Notes: generated by a model from the sequence alone, not told the origin. A DNA stretch of 50,278 bases from a virus (IMGVR_UViG_2595698871_000001:173443-223720), one strand, 5' to 3'; positions 34,545-42,473 are shown, counted from the stretch's first letter. Translations and numbers: made by a program.

Positions 34545-35276
34545 TTGGTCCCTCGGGAGCCGCTCATGATCACCGCCCCCACCCTGCGTTCGACCAACCC
34601 CCAAGACCCGCGCCCGACCCATGTCGACCGCGACGTCCAGGTGCTGGCCATCAGCACGGCCCTGCCGGCGATCCTCGACTGGGCGCGCCTGCACCAGCCG
34701 GGCTTTGATGAGACCCACGCCGAGCACGCCCTGATCATCGCCCTGGAACTGGGCGGCGCGGACGCCTTCCGCATGGGGGTGGTGCTGGGCACCAAGTTCA
34801 ACTGGCCGGTCGACTACACCTTGGTGCGGGCGATGAGCGCGGTGGTCGAGGCCCTGCCCACCGCCTACCGGGCGGTGACCGGCCGCTGGGCCGCCCGCAC
34901 CGGCATCCGCTTCCCCGCCAAGGAAGGCGACACCATCGAGTTCCTCTCGGCCGCCGGCAAGCGCCTCGTCGGCAAGGTGGTGGGCGTCAGCGCCCTGACC
35001 GCCACCGCCTACGTCCAGCCCTCGAACGGGACCGAGTTCACCGATCCGCCGATCGAGATCGCCGCCGAGGCGGTGGTCGCCAACGTCACCCAAAACCGCT
35101 TCACCCCTGAGACCCCGATCCTGGGCGCGCGCTACGACGATGCGCCGGCCCTGGGTGCGGCGGCCGAAGCCGCCAGGGTCAAGACGGCCGCCGGCGCGGC
35201 TTCGCCGCAGACCCCGGCGCCCTTCCCTCATCTCACTGACTTCCGCCCGGACCCCGACGGGCCGGCCATCGCCTAG
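34545..35276 (+). CDS. hypothetical protein
   Basis: 243-aa ORF; start uncertain. Confidence 0.7.
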   Translation: MVPREPLMITAPTLRSTNPQDPRPTHVDRDVQVLAISTALPAILDWARLHQPGFDETHAEHALIIALELGGADAFRMGVVLGTKFNWPVDYTLVRAMSAVVEALPTAYRAVTGRWAARTGIRFPAKEGDTIEFLSAAGKRLVGKVVGVSALTATAYVQPSNGTEFTDPPIEIAAEAVVANVTQNRFTPETPILGARYDDAPALGAAAEAARVKTAAGAASPQTPAPFPHLTDFRPDPDGPAIA

Positions 35277-35285
35277 AGCAGGACC

Positions 35286-35462
35286 ATGAGCCTTTCCTAC
35301 ATCGACGATCCCGAGGAGTGCATCAAGGACGCGCTCGACCTCGATTTGCACGAGGTGGCGGTGGTTTGCCGCGACGCGTCGGGCGAACTCTACGTCCTGA
35401 CCAATGTCAAGGGCCGGCGCCTGGAGCGCCTGATGGCCGACGGCGTGGACGTGACCGAATGA
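35286..35462 (+). CDS. small hypothetical protein (58 aa, below track cutoff)
   Basis: AGGA-ATG 35286, MSLSYIDDP...VTE, ATGA overlap with next gene. Confidence 0.6.
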   Translation: MSLSYIDDPEECIKDALDLDLHEVAVVCRDASGELYVLTNVKGRRLERLMADGVDVTE

Positions 35463-35740
35463 TCGCCGCCCACCAGCGCCCCTGCATGACGCCCGGCTGT
35501 CACTACCACATCCATGACAGCCCCGGCCGCATCCAGATCACCATCGACCTGCCGGCCGGCGTGTCGCTGAAGACCAACCAGCACGAGGTGCTGCACCTGA
35601 TGGCCGAGATGGGCGTCGCCGCTGCCCTGGCCAATGACGGACAGGTCGAGCGCATCGATCTGGCGAGCATGAAGCTCTACCAGGGCGCGTTCGAGAAGAT
35701 GGCCGCCGAGCCCGATGACGACGCTGGCGGTGGTGCATGA
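35459..35740 (+). CDS. hypothetical protein
   Basis: CMTPGCH N-terminus; ATGA overlaps. Confidence 0.6.
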   Translation: MIAAHQRPCMTPGCHYHIHDSPGRIQITIDLPAGVSLKTNQHEVLHLMAEMGVAAALANDGQVERIDLASMKLYQGAFEKMAAEPDDDAGGGA

Positions 35741-36252
35741 AGATCATCGGCGTCGACCCCGGCATCTCCGGCGGCGTGGTGCTGCTCGACACCGAGGCCT
35801 GCTCGCTGACGGTCGCCGACATGCCCACCGAGCCCTCGACCAAGGGCCGCAGGCTCGCCTCCTCGGCCCTGCTCACCGTCTTCCTGCATGACGTCCAGCC
35901 CGATCACATCTTCCTCGAAGAGGTCGGGGTTCGTCCTGGCGAGGGCGCGGTCGGGGCCTTCTCGTTTGGTCGGGGCCTGGGGCGCCTGGAGGGCGTGGCG
36001 GCCGGCACCCGCACGGCGCTGACCACCGTCACCCCGCAGGAGTGGAAGCGCGTCACCAAGACGCCGGCCGACAAGAAGCGCGCCATCGCCCGCGCCTACC
36101 AACTCTTCCCCCGCTGCGTGAAGCTCTTCCAGGGGCCGCGCGGCGGTGAAAAGGACGGGCGCGCCGAAGCCGCCCTGATCGCCTTCTACGGGGCGATGAA
36201 GCTCGGCGTCGTCCCCAAAGCCCCCATCGAACCGGCGGAGTTCCCGGCTTGA
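35737..36252 (+). CDS. ruvC: RuvC-like Holliday junction resolvase
   Basis: IIGVDPG, IFLEEV, TPQEWK, DGRAEAALIA: RNase H-fold catalytic motifs. Confidence 0.88.
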   Translation: MKIIGVDPGISGGVVLLDTEACSLTVADMPTEPSTKGRRLASSALLTVFLHDVQPDHIFLEEVGVRPGEGAVGAFSFGRGLGRLEGVAAGTRTALTTVTPQEWKRVTKTPADKKRAIARAYQLFPRCVKLFQGPRGGEKDGRAEAALIAFYGAMKLGVVPKAPIEPAEFPA

Positions 36253-36902
36253 CCCAGCCCCAGTACCTGACGCGCGCGCAGCTTCCTCGCCAGCGCCTCC
36301 CGCTTCGCCGGTTGTCGCCCGCCGATCGCTCCGGCCCGATCCCGACCTATGACGGCGACTACTCGTTCACCGCCGACCACCTGATCGACGATCCACGCGA
36401 GCCCAACATCGTGCCGATCGGTCTGCTGGACGAGCGCGGCGAGATGCTCCTGAAGGTCCACATGCCCATCAAGGTCAAGATGGGTTTCGCCCTGCCGCCG
36501 TCCGATCGTGACGACGCCGACGAGGTGGTCGCCTACGTGCCCGAGAGCCAGCTTATCGTCTCCGACATCGGCCTGGGTCAGGGCTTCGTCACGCCCAAGG
36601 AAGCCGACGAGGCCGAAGACCTGGACCCCGAGGACGACGAGGATGAGGGCGAGACCACCGTGTCGATCCGCATCCCCGCCACCGAGTCGGTCATCGCCGC
36701 CCATGGCGCTATGCAGGAGGCGGCCGAGGCCGTCGCTGATCAGGTCACCGCCATGCACGTGGCGCTCACTCCTGAGGGTCTCATCGTCCTGCGCGGTCTG
36801 GCCTCGGCCCAGACTGACGCGCTGATCGCTTTCCTCCAGGCCGCTCATGCCGCGCGCCAGGAGGTCACCCAGGAAAAGGTCGATGGCGGACAAGCAGCCT
36901 GA
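36249..36902 (+). CDS. hypothetical acidic protein
   Basis: TTGA overlap; DPEDDEDEGE tract. Confidence 0.65.
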   Translation: MTQPQYLTRAQLPRQRLPLRRLSPADRSGPIPTYDGDYSFTADHLIDDPREPNIVPIGLLDERGEMLLKVHMPIKVKMGFALPPSDRDDADEVVAYVPESQLIVSDIGLGQGFVTPKEADEAEDLDPEDDEDEGETTVSIRIPATESVIAAHGAMQEAAEAVADQVTAMHVALTPEGLIVLRGLASAQTDALIAFLQAAHAARQEVTQEKVDGGQAA

Positions 36903-37179
36903 TCTCTCCACCCGCGTGGGCGCGGCGCGCCATCACCGTGCCCACGATGCGGCGCTCGACGCCTCGGTCTGCGCCTTCCACGACGCGGTGCGGATGTACA
37001 CGGGCCTGACCGCCCAGGTCGACCTCAAGAAGGTCCGCCCCGCCATTGTCGAGGACTACCGCCTCAATGCGATCGCCGCGTTCGAGGCCCTGCTCGACAA
37101 CATGAAGAACGCCAGCGACGCGCTGGCCATCCTCAACGCAGTGCGCGCGGCCGATCCGCCCAAGCGCCCGGAACTCTGA
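36883..37179 (+). CDS. hypothetical protein
   Basis: ATG 36883 after AAGG. Confidence 0.65.
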   Translation: MADKQPDLSTRVGAARHHRAHDAALDASVCAFHDAVRMYTGLTAQVDLKKVRPAIVEDYRLNAIAAFEALLDNMKNASDALAILNAVRAADPPKRPEL

Positions 37180-37183
37180 TCCC

Positions 37184-37990
37184 ATGCCTCGCCTCGCCAA
37201 CGACCGCCAAGAAACCTACGCCATCATGCGCGCCAAGGGCATGAAGCCTCCCCAGGCGGCGGCGGCGGCCGGCTATGTCGCGGGCTCGGCCGTCTACAGC
37301 GAACTGGAGAAGGACCCCGACATCAAGGCCCGCGCCCAGGAACTGCTCGACGAGAACAACCTCAAGCGCGACCAGATGCGCACGGCCGCCACCGAGGCGG
37401 CCAAGGTCGTCGGGCAGATGAGCGGCGTGTCCAAATCCTGGGTGCTCCAGAAGCTGGCCGAGAACGCCCAGATGGCGGCCCAGGACGGCGACTACAAGGA
37501 GAGCAACGCGGCCCTGAAGCTGATCGGCGATGAGTTCGGCATGTTCACCGGCGCGTCCGGCGAGGGCACCGACCAGGGCGACGGCAAGCGCGCCTACGAC
37601 CTCGACACCATGAGCGCCCTGCTCGACAAGGCCGCCGAGAGCCTGCCCGCGCCGGCGCCCAAGGTTGACCCCAACGTCGCCTTCGACCTGATCGCCGGCC
37701 AGGGCGAGGCCGCCAAGCGCGCCCGCCAGAGCCGCGCCTTCTCCGACGGCGAGGAAGCCGATATGGCGTTCACCGAGGCGGCCGACATCGACGCCGTGCC
37801 CGACGGCCCCTGGTCGGGTCCCGCGCCCGAGGACTTCCTGAGCGACGAGGAGCCCGAGGCGATGGTCGGGGAATCCTTCGAGCGCATCGATCCCAAGACC
37901 TCTCCCGAAGAGATCATGGCCCGCATCACGCAGGCCGACCAATCCCCGACTTCCAGCGACGATCGGCCCAAGCGCCGGTCCTCGCGCTGA
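37184..37990 (+). CDS. terS: terminase small subunit
   Basis: N-terminal HTH QAAAAAGY...P.IKAR..EL; ALKLIGDEFGMF motif; directly upstream of TerL. Confidence 0.8.
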   Translation: MPRLANDRQETYAIMRAKGMKPPQAAAAAGYVAGSAVYSELEKDPDIKARAQELLDENNLKRDQMRTAATEAAKVVGQMSGVSKSWVLQKLAENAQMAAQDGDYKESNAALKLIGDEFGMFTGASGEGTDQGDGKRAYDLDTMSALLDKAAESLPAPAPKVDPNVAFDLIAGQGEAAKRARQSRAFSDGEEADMAFTEAADIDAVPDGPWSGPAPEDFLSDEEPEAMVGESFERIDPKTSPEEIMARITQADQSPTSSDDRPKRRSSR

Positions 37991-38003
37991 CCACTGATCG
38001 TCT

Positions 38004-40736
38004 ATGACCTTCTATCCCATGGAGGACCGGGCCAAGGCTCGCTCCGTCGTCACCAACCTGCTGGACCTCCAGCGCGAAGCCGTCAAGGTGGGCCGTCAAG
38101 GGCTGATCCTGCCGCCCGAGCGCAAGCAGTTGATCACCCAGTTGACCGAGACCGAGGATCACACCCGCTGGGTGGACCTCTTGGGTCAGTTCGCCGATCG
38201 CGTCCAGACCGATCACCTCTCGCGCCTGAAGCCGATCGCCAAGGACGACTTCAACGCCTTCTGCGAGTACGTCAACCCCGACGAGCCGCCGGCCTCCAAG
38301 TGGCACGTCTTCCTGACCGGCACGCTCCAGGAGATCGAGAACAACCCCGAGCTTGAGCGCTTCGTGCTCAACTGCCCGCCGGGCCACGCCAAGCCGCTGG
38401 ACGTCGACACCGAAGTGCTGATGGCTGATGGCGCCTGGAAGCGTCTGGGCGACATCCAGGTGGGCGACTACGTGGTGGGCGAGAGCGGCGCGCGCTGCAA
38501 GGTCACCGCCGTCCATGAGCAGGGCGACCTCGACACCCTGAAGATCACCACCGCCCACGGCCGGCAGATCATCGCCGCGCCCGACCACTCGTTCCGGGTC
38601 GGTGACGGCTGGAAGCCGGCCGGCAAGCTGCGTCCGGGTGACGCCCTGTCCGTCGTCGGCGCCGCCAACCTCAACTACGACGCCAGCGGCAAGTCGATCG
38701 ACCACTTCGAGCTTGCCGCCTACCTCCAGGCCAAGGGCGGGCGCTCCTACTTCCACCGCGTCCACAAGAGCGGGCCGAAGACCTACCGCAACGTCTATCT
38801 GTGGACGTCCGACCACCGCGAGGCCAGCCAGATCAGCACGTGCCTCAAGCGCATGGGCGTGGCCTTCAAGGGGCGGCTGGCCAAGACCGAGAAGGTCTGG
38901 AAGATGCGCCTCTCGACCGAGTGGGGCGACGCCCTGGCCGAGGAGTACGGCCTGGACGCCAAGATCGACGCGCGTCGTGTTCCGGCCTTTGTCACGAAAG
39001 GCGACGAGGAGCAGATCGGCCGCTACCTGTCGACCCTGACCTCGCTGGCCGGCGAAGCTCCCGAGCGCTACACCATCCCGCGTCTGGTGCTCTACTTCAA
39101 GAACCCCGACTTCGCCACCGACGTCCAGCGCCTGTTCGCCGCCGTCGGCGTCAACGCGCGCATCGAGCCGCGCAAGACCGGTCGCACCCGGCTGCACATC
39201 TCCGGCGCCGATCTCGAAGCCTACTTCGCCGCCGGCCTGACCTACACCGGCCCCAACGCCGACAAGCTGCCGGCCAAGCGCGCGGCGTTCCCGACCGCGC
39301 CCTCGACGCTGGCCGATCACGTCACCTGGATCGAGCCGCATGGGGTGCGCCCCTGCCGCTGCCTGACGGTCGAGAACGAGCACACCTTCATCGCCCAGGG
39401 CGTGGTGGTCCACAACTCGACCTACGCCTCGCGCCTGTTCGTGGCGTGGCGCCTGGGCCGCGATCCGCGCCAGAAGATCATCGGCGGCGGCCACTCCCAA
39501 CGCTTCGTCGAAAACGAGTTCAGCGGCAAGATTCGCAACCTCGTGCGGACGCCCCAGTTCAAGGACGTCTTCCCCGGCGTGGTCATCGACCATGCCACCT
39601 CGGCTAAGGACATGTGGGCGATCGCCGGGCACGGCGGGCAGTATGCCGCCAAGGGCGCCGGTCAGGCCATCCACGGTCTGCGCGCCAACTTCGTCTGCGT
39701 CGATGACCCCTATCCGTCGATCCAGAAGGCCGAGAGCGGGGCCTACCGCGAGGAAGTCCGCACGTGGTTCTTCGGTGACGTTGGCTCGCGTCTGTTGCCG
39801 CTCGCTAAAGTATTCCTCATCATGACGCGCTTTCATGAGGAAGATTTGACGGGTACGATCCTCAAGTACAACCAAGACGCACTTGTGGAGTCTGACCGTT
39901 ACCACATCGTCGAAGCGCCCGCTCTGTGTTACGACCCCGAGAACGACGTCCTCGGCCGCGCTCTGGGCGAAGTTTTGTGGGACTACTATGACTTGCATTA
40001 CTTCAAACGGAAGCGCTCCGAGTGGAAGTACCAAAGATTTGCTTTGGTTTATCAACAACTTGCGGACGCCGCCTCGGACACGTCGATCGCGTCCAAGTTC
40101 CAGACCTACCAGCACCTGCCGCACCTGGACCCGAAGGTCCTCAAGGCGCGCATGGACGCGGGGCATGTTGACGATCGCGGCCGGCCGATCCCGGACCGCA
40201 AGGAGCACTTCCGCCGCATCGTGACCTCGGTCGACGCGGCCCAGAAAAAGGGCGCGCGCAACGACTACACGGTCGTCCAGGTGTGGGGCGAGACCCACGA
40301 TCGCAAGCACTACCTGATCTACCAGGAGCGCAAGAAGGTCGAGATCAACGACCTGATCGAGATGGTCGAGCGCATCTCCAAGCGCTTCGACGTCGACTCT
40401 ATCCTGGTCGAGGACAAGGGCAACGGCACCGCCTACATCCAGGCGCGGGGCCAGACCGACAGCCAGCGCCGGCTCGCGCCGGCCCCGATCGAGGCGATCC
40501 AGGTCCCCAGCACCTACTCCAAGGAGTTCCGCTTCAACGAGGTCATCCCGATGATCGAGGCGCAAGAGGTCTACCTGCCCGACAAGGCGCCGTGGCTGGA
40601 CCTGTTCATCCGCGAAGTCGGGCAGTTCCCCGAAGGCGCCCACGATGACCAAGTCGACGCCATGACGCAGTACCTCCGCTGGGCCAAGTCCAAGCGCTCG
40701 CGGTTCGGCGCGCGCAAGGTCGGCTCGATGGGCTGA
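38004..40736 (+). CDS. terL: terminase large subunit, intein-containing (569 aa after splicing)
   Basis: Walker A PPGHAK|S, GGQY..KG, VCVDDP Walker B, IMTRFHEEDL, nuclease SVDAA...DYT, HDDQVDA. Confidence 0.95.
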   Translation: MTFYPMEDRAKARSVVTNLLDLQREAVKVGRQGLILPPERKQLITQLTETEDHTRWVDLLGQFADRVQTDHLSRLKPIAKDDFNAFCEYVNPDEPPASKWHVFLTGTLQEIENNPELERFVLNCPPGHAKPLDVDTEVLMADGAWKRLGDIQVGDYVVGESGARCKVTAVHEQGDLDTLKITTAHGRQIIAAPDHSFRVGDGWKPAGKLRPGDALSVVGAANLNYDASGKSIDHFELAAYLQAKGGRSYFHRVHKSGPKTYRNVYLWTSDHREASQISTCLKRMGVAFKGRLAKTEKVWKMRLSTEWGDALAEEYGLDAKIDARRVPAFVTKGDEEQIGRYLSTLTSLAGEAPERYTIPRLVLYFKNPDFATDVQRLFAAVGVNARIEPRKTGRTRLHISGADLEAYFAAGLTYTGPNADKLPAKRAAFPTAPSTLADHVTWIEPHGVRPCRCLTVENEHTFIAQGVVVHNSTYASRLFVAWRLGRDPRQKIIGGGHSQRFVENEFSGKIRNLVRTPQFKDVFPGVVIDHATSAKDMWAIAGHGGQYAAKGAGQAIHGLRANFVCVDDPYPSIQKAESGAYREEVRTWFFGDVGSRLLPLAKVFLIMTRFHEEDLTGTILKYNQDALVESDRYHIVEAPALCYDPENDVLGRALGEVLWDYYDLHYFKRKRSEWKYQRFALVYQQLADAASDTSIASKFQTYQHLPHLDPKVLKARMDAGHVDDRGRPIPDRKEHFRRIVTSVDAAQKKGARNDYTVVQVWGETHDRKHYLIYQERKKVEINDLIEMVERISKRFDVDSILVEDKGNGTAYIQARGQTDSQRRLAPAPIEAIQVPSTYSKEFRFNEVIPMIEAQEVYLPDKAPWLDLFIREVGQFPEGAHDDQVDAMTQYLRWAKSKRSRFGARKVGSMG
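38394..39416 (+). mobile_element. intein, 341 aa, Pro1, with degenerate LAGLIDADG domain
   Basis: Block A PLDVDTEVLMADG, block B AAPDHSF, block F CRCLTV, C-terminal HN|S; inserted between K and S of the P-loop. Confidence 0.92.
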
Positions 40737-40762
40737 TTAACCATCTTCGTTCACCCTGTCCG

Positions 40763-40799
40763 GGCCTGTTAACCTTAACACACCGATGGTTAACAGGCC
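40763..40799. repeat. 12-bp inverted repeat containing GTTAAC
   Basis: GGCCTGTTAACC 40763-40774 / GGTTAACAGGCC 40788-40799. Confidence 0.8.
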
Positions 40800-40927
40800 A
40801 GGGACCCATCGAAATTAACCCTTGGGGACCCAGGGGAATCGTCAGCCGGGGACCCTGGGAAATTAACCCTTGGGGACCCACCAAAATCAACCTTCGGGGA
40901 CCCTAGCGAATCGTGGCTCGGGGACCC
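40800..40927 (+). repeat. GGGGACCC array with exact 24-bp period
   Basis: Cores start at 40800 (AGGGACCC), 40824, 40848, 40872, 40896, 40920. Confidence 0.92.
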
Positions 40928-40948
40928 TGGCAAATCAAGGAGCCGGCG

Positions 40949-41182
40949 ATGGCCGAACTCATGAGCCTGCTGTTCAACATCGCCCCGTTCCTGCTGCTGG
41001 CGATCGTCGTCTACCACGTCCTGGAGGCCGTCTGGGCGATCAGCCTGTGGGTCTACGGCCTGCGCACCCTGTGGAAGCTCCACCGCGACGACGTCAGCGA
41101 GGCCCTGACCCTGGAGCGGGCCTTGAGCCCCTTCTCCAGCCCTGGCCGCGACCGCAACGGCAATCCCGTCCCGCCGGCCTGA
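40949..41182 (+). CDS. small membrane protein
   Basis: AAGGAG SD; LLFNIAPFLLLAIVVYHVLEAVWAISLWV. Confidence 0.7.
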   Translation: MAELMSLLFNIAPFLLLAIVVYHVLEAVWAISLWVYGLRTLWKLHRDDVSEALTLERALSPFSSPGRDRNGNPVPPA

Positions 41183-41189
41183 CGACCTA

Positions 41190-41215
41190 TGTCACGGACT
41201 GTAGGTTTCATGACA
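41190..41215. promoter_or_regulatory. 26-bp palindromic site TGTCA..-N12-..TGACA (copy 1)
   Basis: TGTCACG-gactgtaggttt-CATGACA. Confidence 0.55.
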
Positions 41216-41254
41216 AGGTGGATTATTCCACAACGAAATCAAAGGCTTATCGCC

Positions 41255-41503
41255 ATGTCGATCCGCACCTTCTTCCACGACCTCGCCGTCCGTTTCGTCG
41301 TTTTGGGGTGGATTTTTGCCCAAAAACCCCAGAAATGGGCTCCAAAAGGGCATAATTTTCAGCCCATCCCGCCGGCCCAGGTCGAGCGGCAGGACCTCCG
41401 GGGGCGCGTGCTTCTCCTGAGGAGCTTCGGCGTCCTCGCCGCCGCATGCACAACCATGGGCCTGTGTCAATACCTGCTCTGGCGCCGCGCGCCCATGTCA
41501 TAG
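41255..41503 (+). CDS. small putative membrane protein
   Basis: Hydrophobic N- and C-terminal segments; start uncertain. Confidence 0.55.
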   Translation: MSIRTFFHDLAVRFVVLGWIFAQKPQKWAPKGHNFQPIPPAQVERQDLRGRVLLLRSFGVLAAACTTMGLCQYLLWRRAPMS

Positions 41504-41521
41504 ACCATCGCTTTCGTGACA
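41496..41521. promoter_or_regulatory. 26-bp palindromic site (copy 2)
   Basis: TGTCATA-gaccatcgcttt-CGTGACA. Confidence 0.55.
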
Positions 41522-41550
41522 GCTTCACGATCCCGTTACCGGACAACCCC

Positions 41551-41649
41551 ATGCCCCACCTCGGTTTCTGGCTCTCCGCCGCCTGCATCGCCCTGGCCTG
41601 GGCGATCTGGGCGCTACGGCGGCTGATCGCCCCACCACCGCCCGCCTGA
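41551..41649 (+). CDS. 32-aa membrane peptide
   Basis: MPHLGFWLSAACIALAWAIWALRRLIAPPPPA; weak SD. Confidence 0.45.
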   Translation: MPHLGFWLSAACIALAWAIWALRRLIAPPPPA

Positions 41650-41695
41650 CCCCGGCCGCGCGCGCCCGCGCCGCCGGTATCGCCCGGCCAAAGCG

Positions 41696-41743
41696 TCATA
41701 TATGAGCCCTTAACCCCTCTAAGGTCGCATATATGAGACCTTA
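41696..41743. repeat. paired CATATATG palindromes
   Basis: TCATATATGA 41696-41705; TAAGGTC-g-CATATATG-a-GACCTTA 41720-41743. Confidence 0.75.
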
Positions 41744-41783
41744 CGGCCCTCTTGACGCCCTCGTGTTCCTCTGAACGCGGGGG

Positions 41784-41910
41784 CGTTTTGACGTCGGCGC
41801 ATTTCCAACTCAACGCGCGGCCGTTTTGACGTCCGAGCGTTTTGACGCGAGCGCATTTTCGATTCGACGGGCGAGCGTTTTGACGTCCGACCGTTTTTCA
41901 ACTTGACGTC
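41784..41910 (+). repeat. CGTTTTGACGTC direct repeats
   Basis: Copies at 41784, 41822, 41838 (variant), 41876 and partial TTGACGTC 41903. Confidence 0.85.
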
Positions 41911-41930
41911 GTTTCATTTACCAAGAGCGC

Positions 41931-42121
41931 CTTAAGGTTAACCGCCGAGCCTGGGAAGGGTTAAGGCCCGTTAACCATGTTTGTTAACCCTCAGGCCGTT
42001 AACCTATCACTCGTTAAGGTTAACGCGCCCGCCTCATTAACCCTTAGCGTGTTAAGGTTAACGCCCCGGCCCAGGCCGTTAAGGTTAACAAACATGGTTA
42101 ACGGGCCAGACCGGCGTTAAC
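41931..42121. repeat. dense TTAA/GTTAAC cluster with 25-bp perfect inverted repeat
   Basis: 15 TTAA in about 190 bp; IR arms 41965-41989 and 42083-42107. Confidence 0.88.
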
Positions 42122-42215
42122 CCTAACGGCCGGCGCCCAGCCGCGCCCAGGCGCTCGCCGGCGAGCCCAGGCCCTACCGGGTATGACCTGCCGGCCATAC
42201 CCGCCAGAGTGCGCC

Positions 42216-42473
42216 TCACGCGTCCGCGTCGGGCGACGCCGCCGCCCCGTAGTCGTGATCATTCCAGAGTATGCCCAGAATTTCGTCAGGCCCGAACGAC
42301 GGGAGAAGGGTTTGCAGGGCGTCGTATGTCTCGCGGAAGGCGCTCGCGTCGTCGTCCTGCATCCAGACCGACTCCTTGCCGGTCTTGTCGCGGAACGTGT
42401 ACGCCGCGCCGTTCCCGTAGCTGTCGAGGGCGAAGCGTTCGCCCTCCGATATCCGAAGCGGTCCTGAGTACAT
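42216..42473 (-). CDS. hypothetical protein (only minus-strand gene)
   Basis: MYSGPLRISEGERFALDSYG...; GGAG SD on minus strand; own CtrA-box promoter. Confidence 0.7.
   Translation of the reverse strand: MYSGPLRISEGERFALDSYGNGAAYTFRDKTGKESVWMQDDDASAFRETYDALQTLLPSFGPDEILGILWNDHDYGAAASPDADA

Noticed and set aside
37926-40652. 908-aa minus-strand ORF
   Set aside because: Shadow of terL; high-GC codon bias removes stops on the opposite strand
40800-40927. Regularly spaced repeats as a CRISPR array
   Set aside because: The 8-bp repeat and 16-bp linkers are far too short, linkers are related to each other, and there are no cas genes
41719-41901. Minus-strand ORF with repeated peptide (TSKR...MR.RQNA)
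   Set aside because: Translation by-product of the CGTTTTGACGTC DNA repeats
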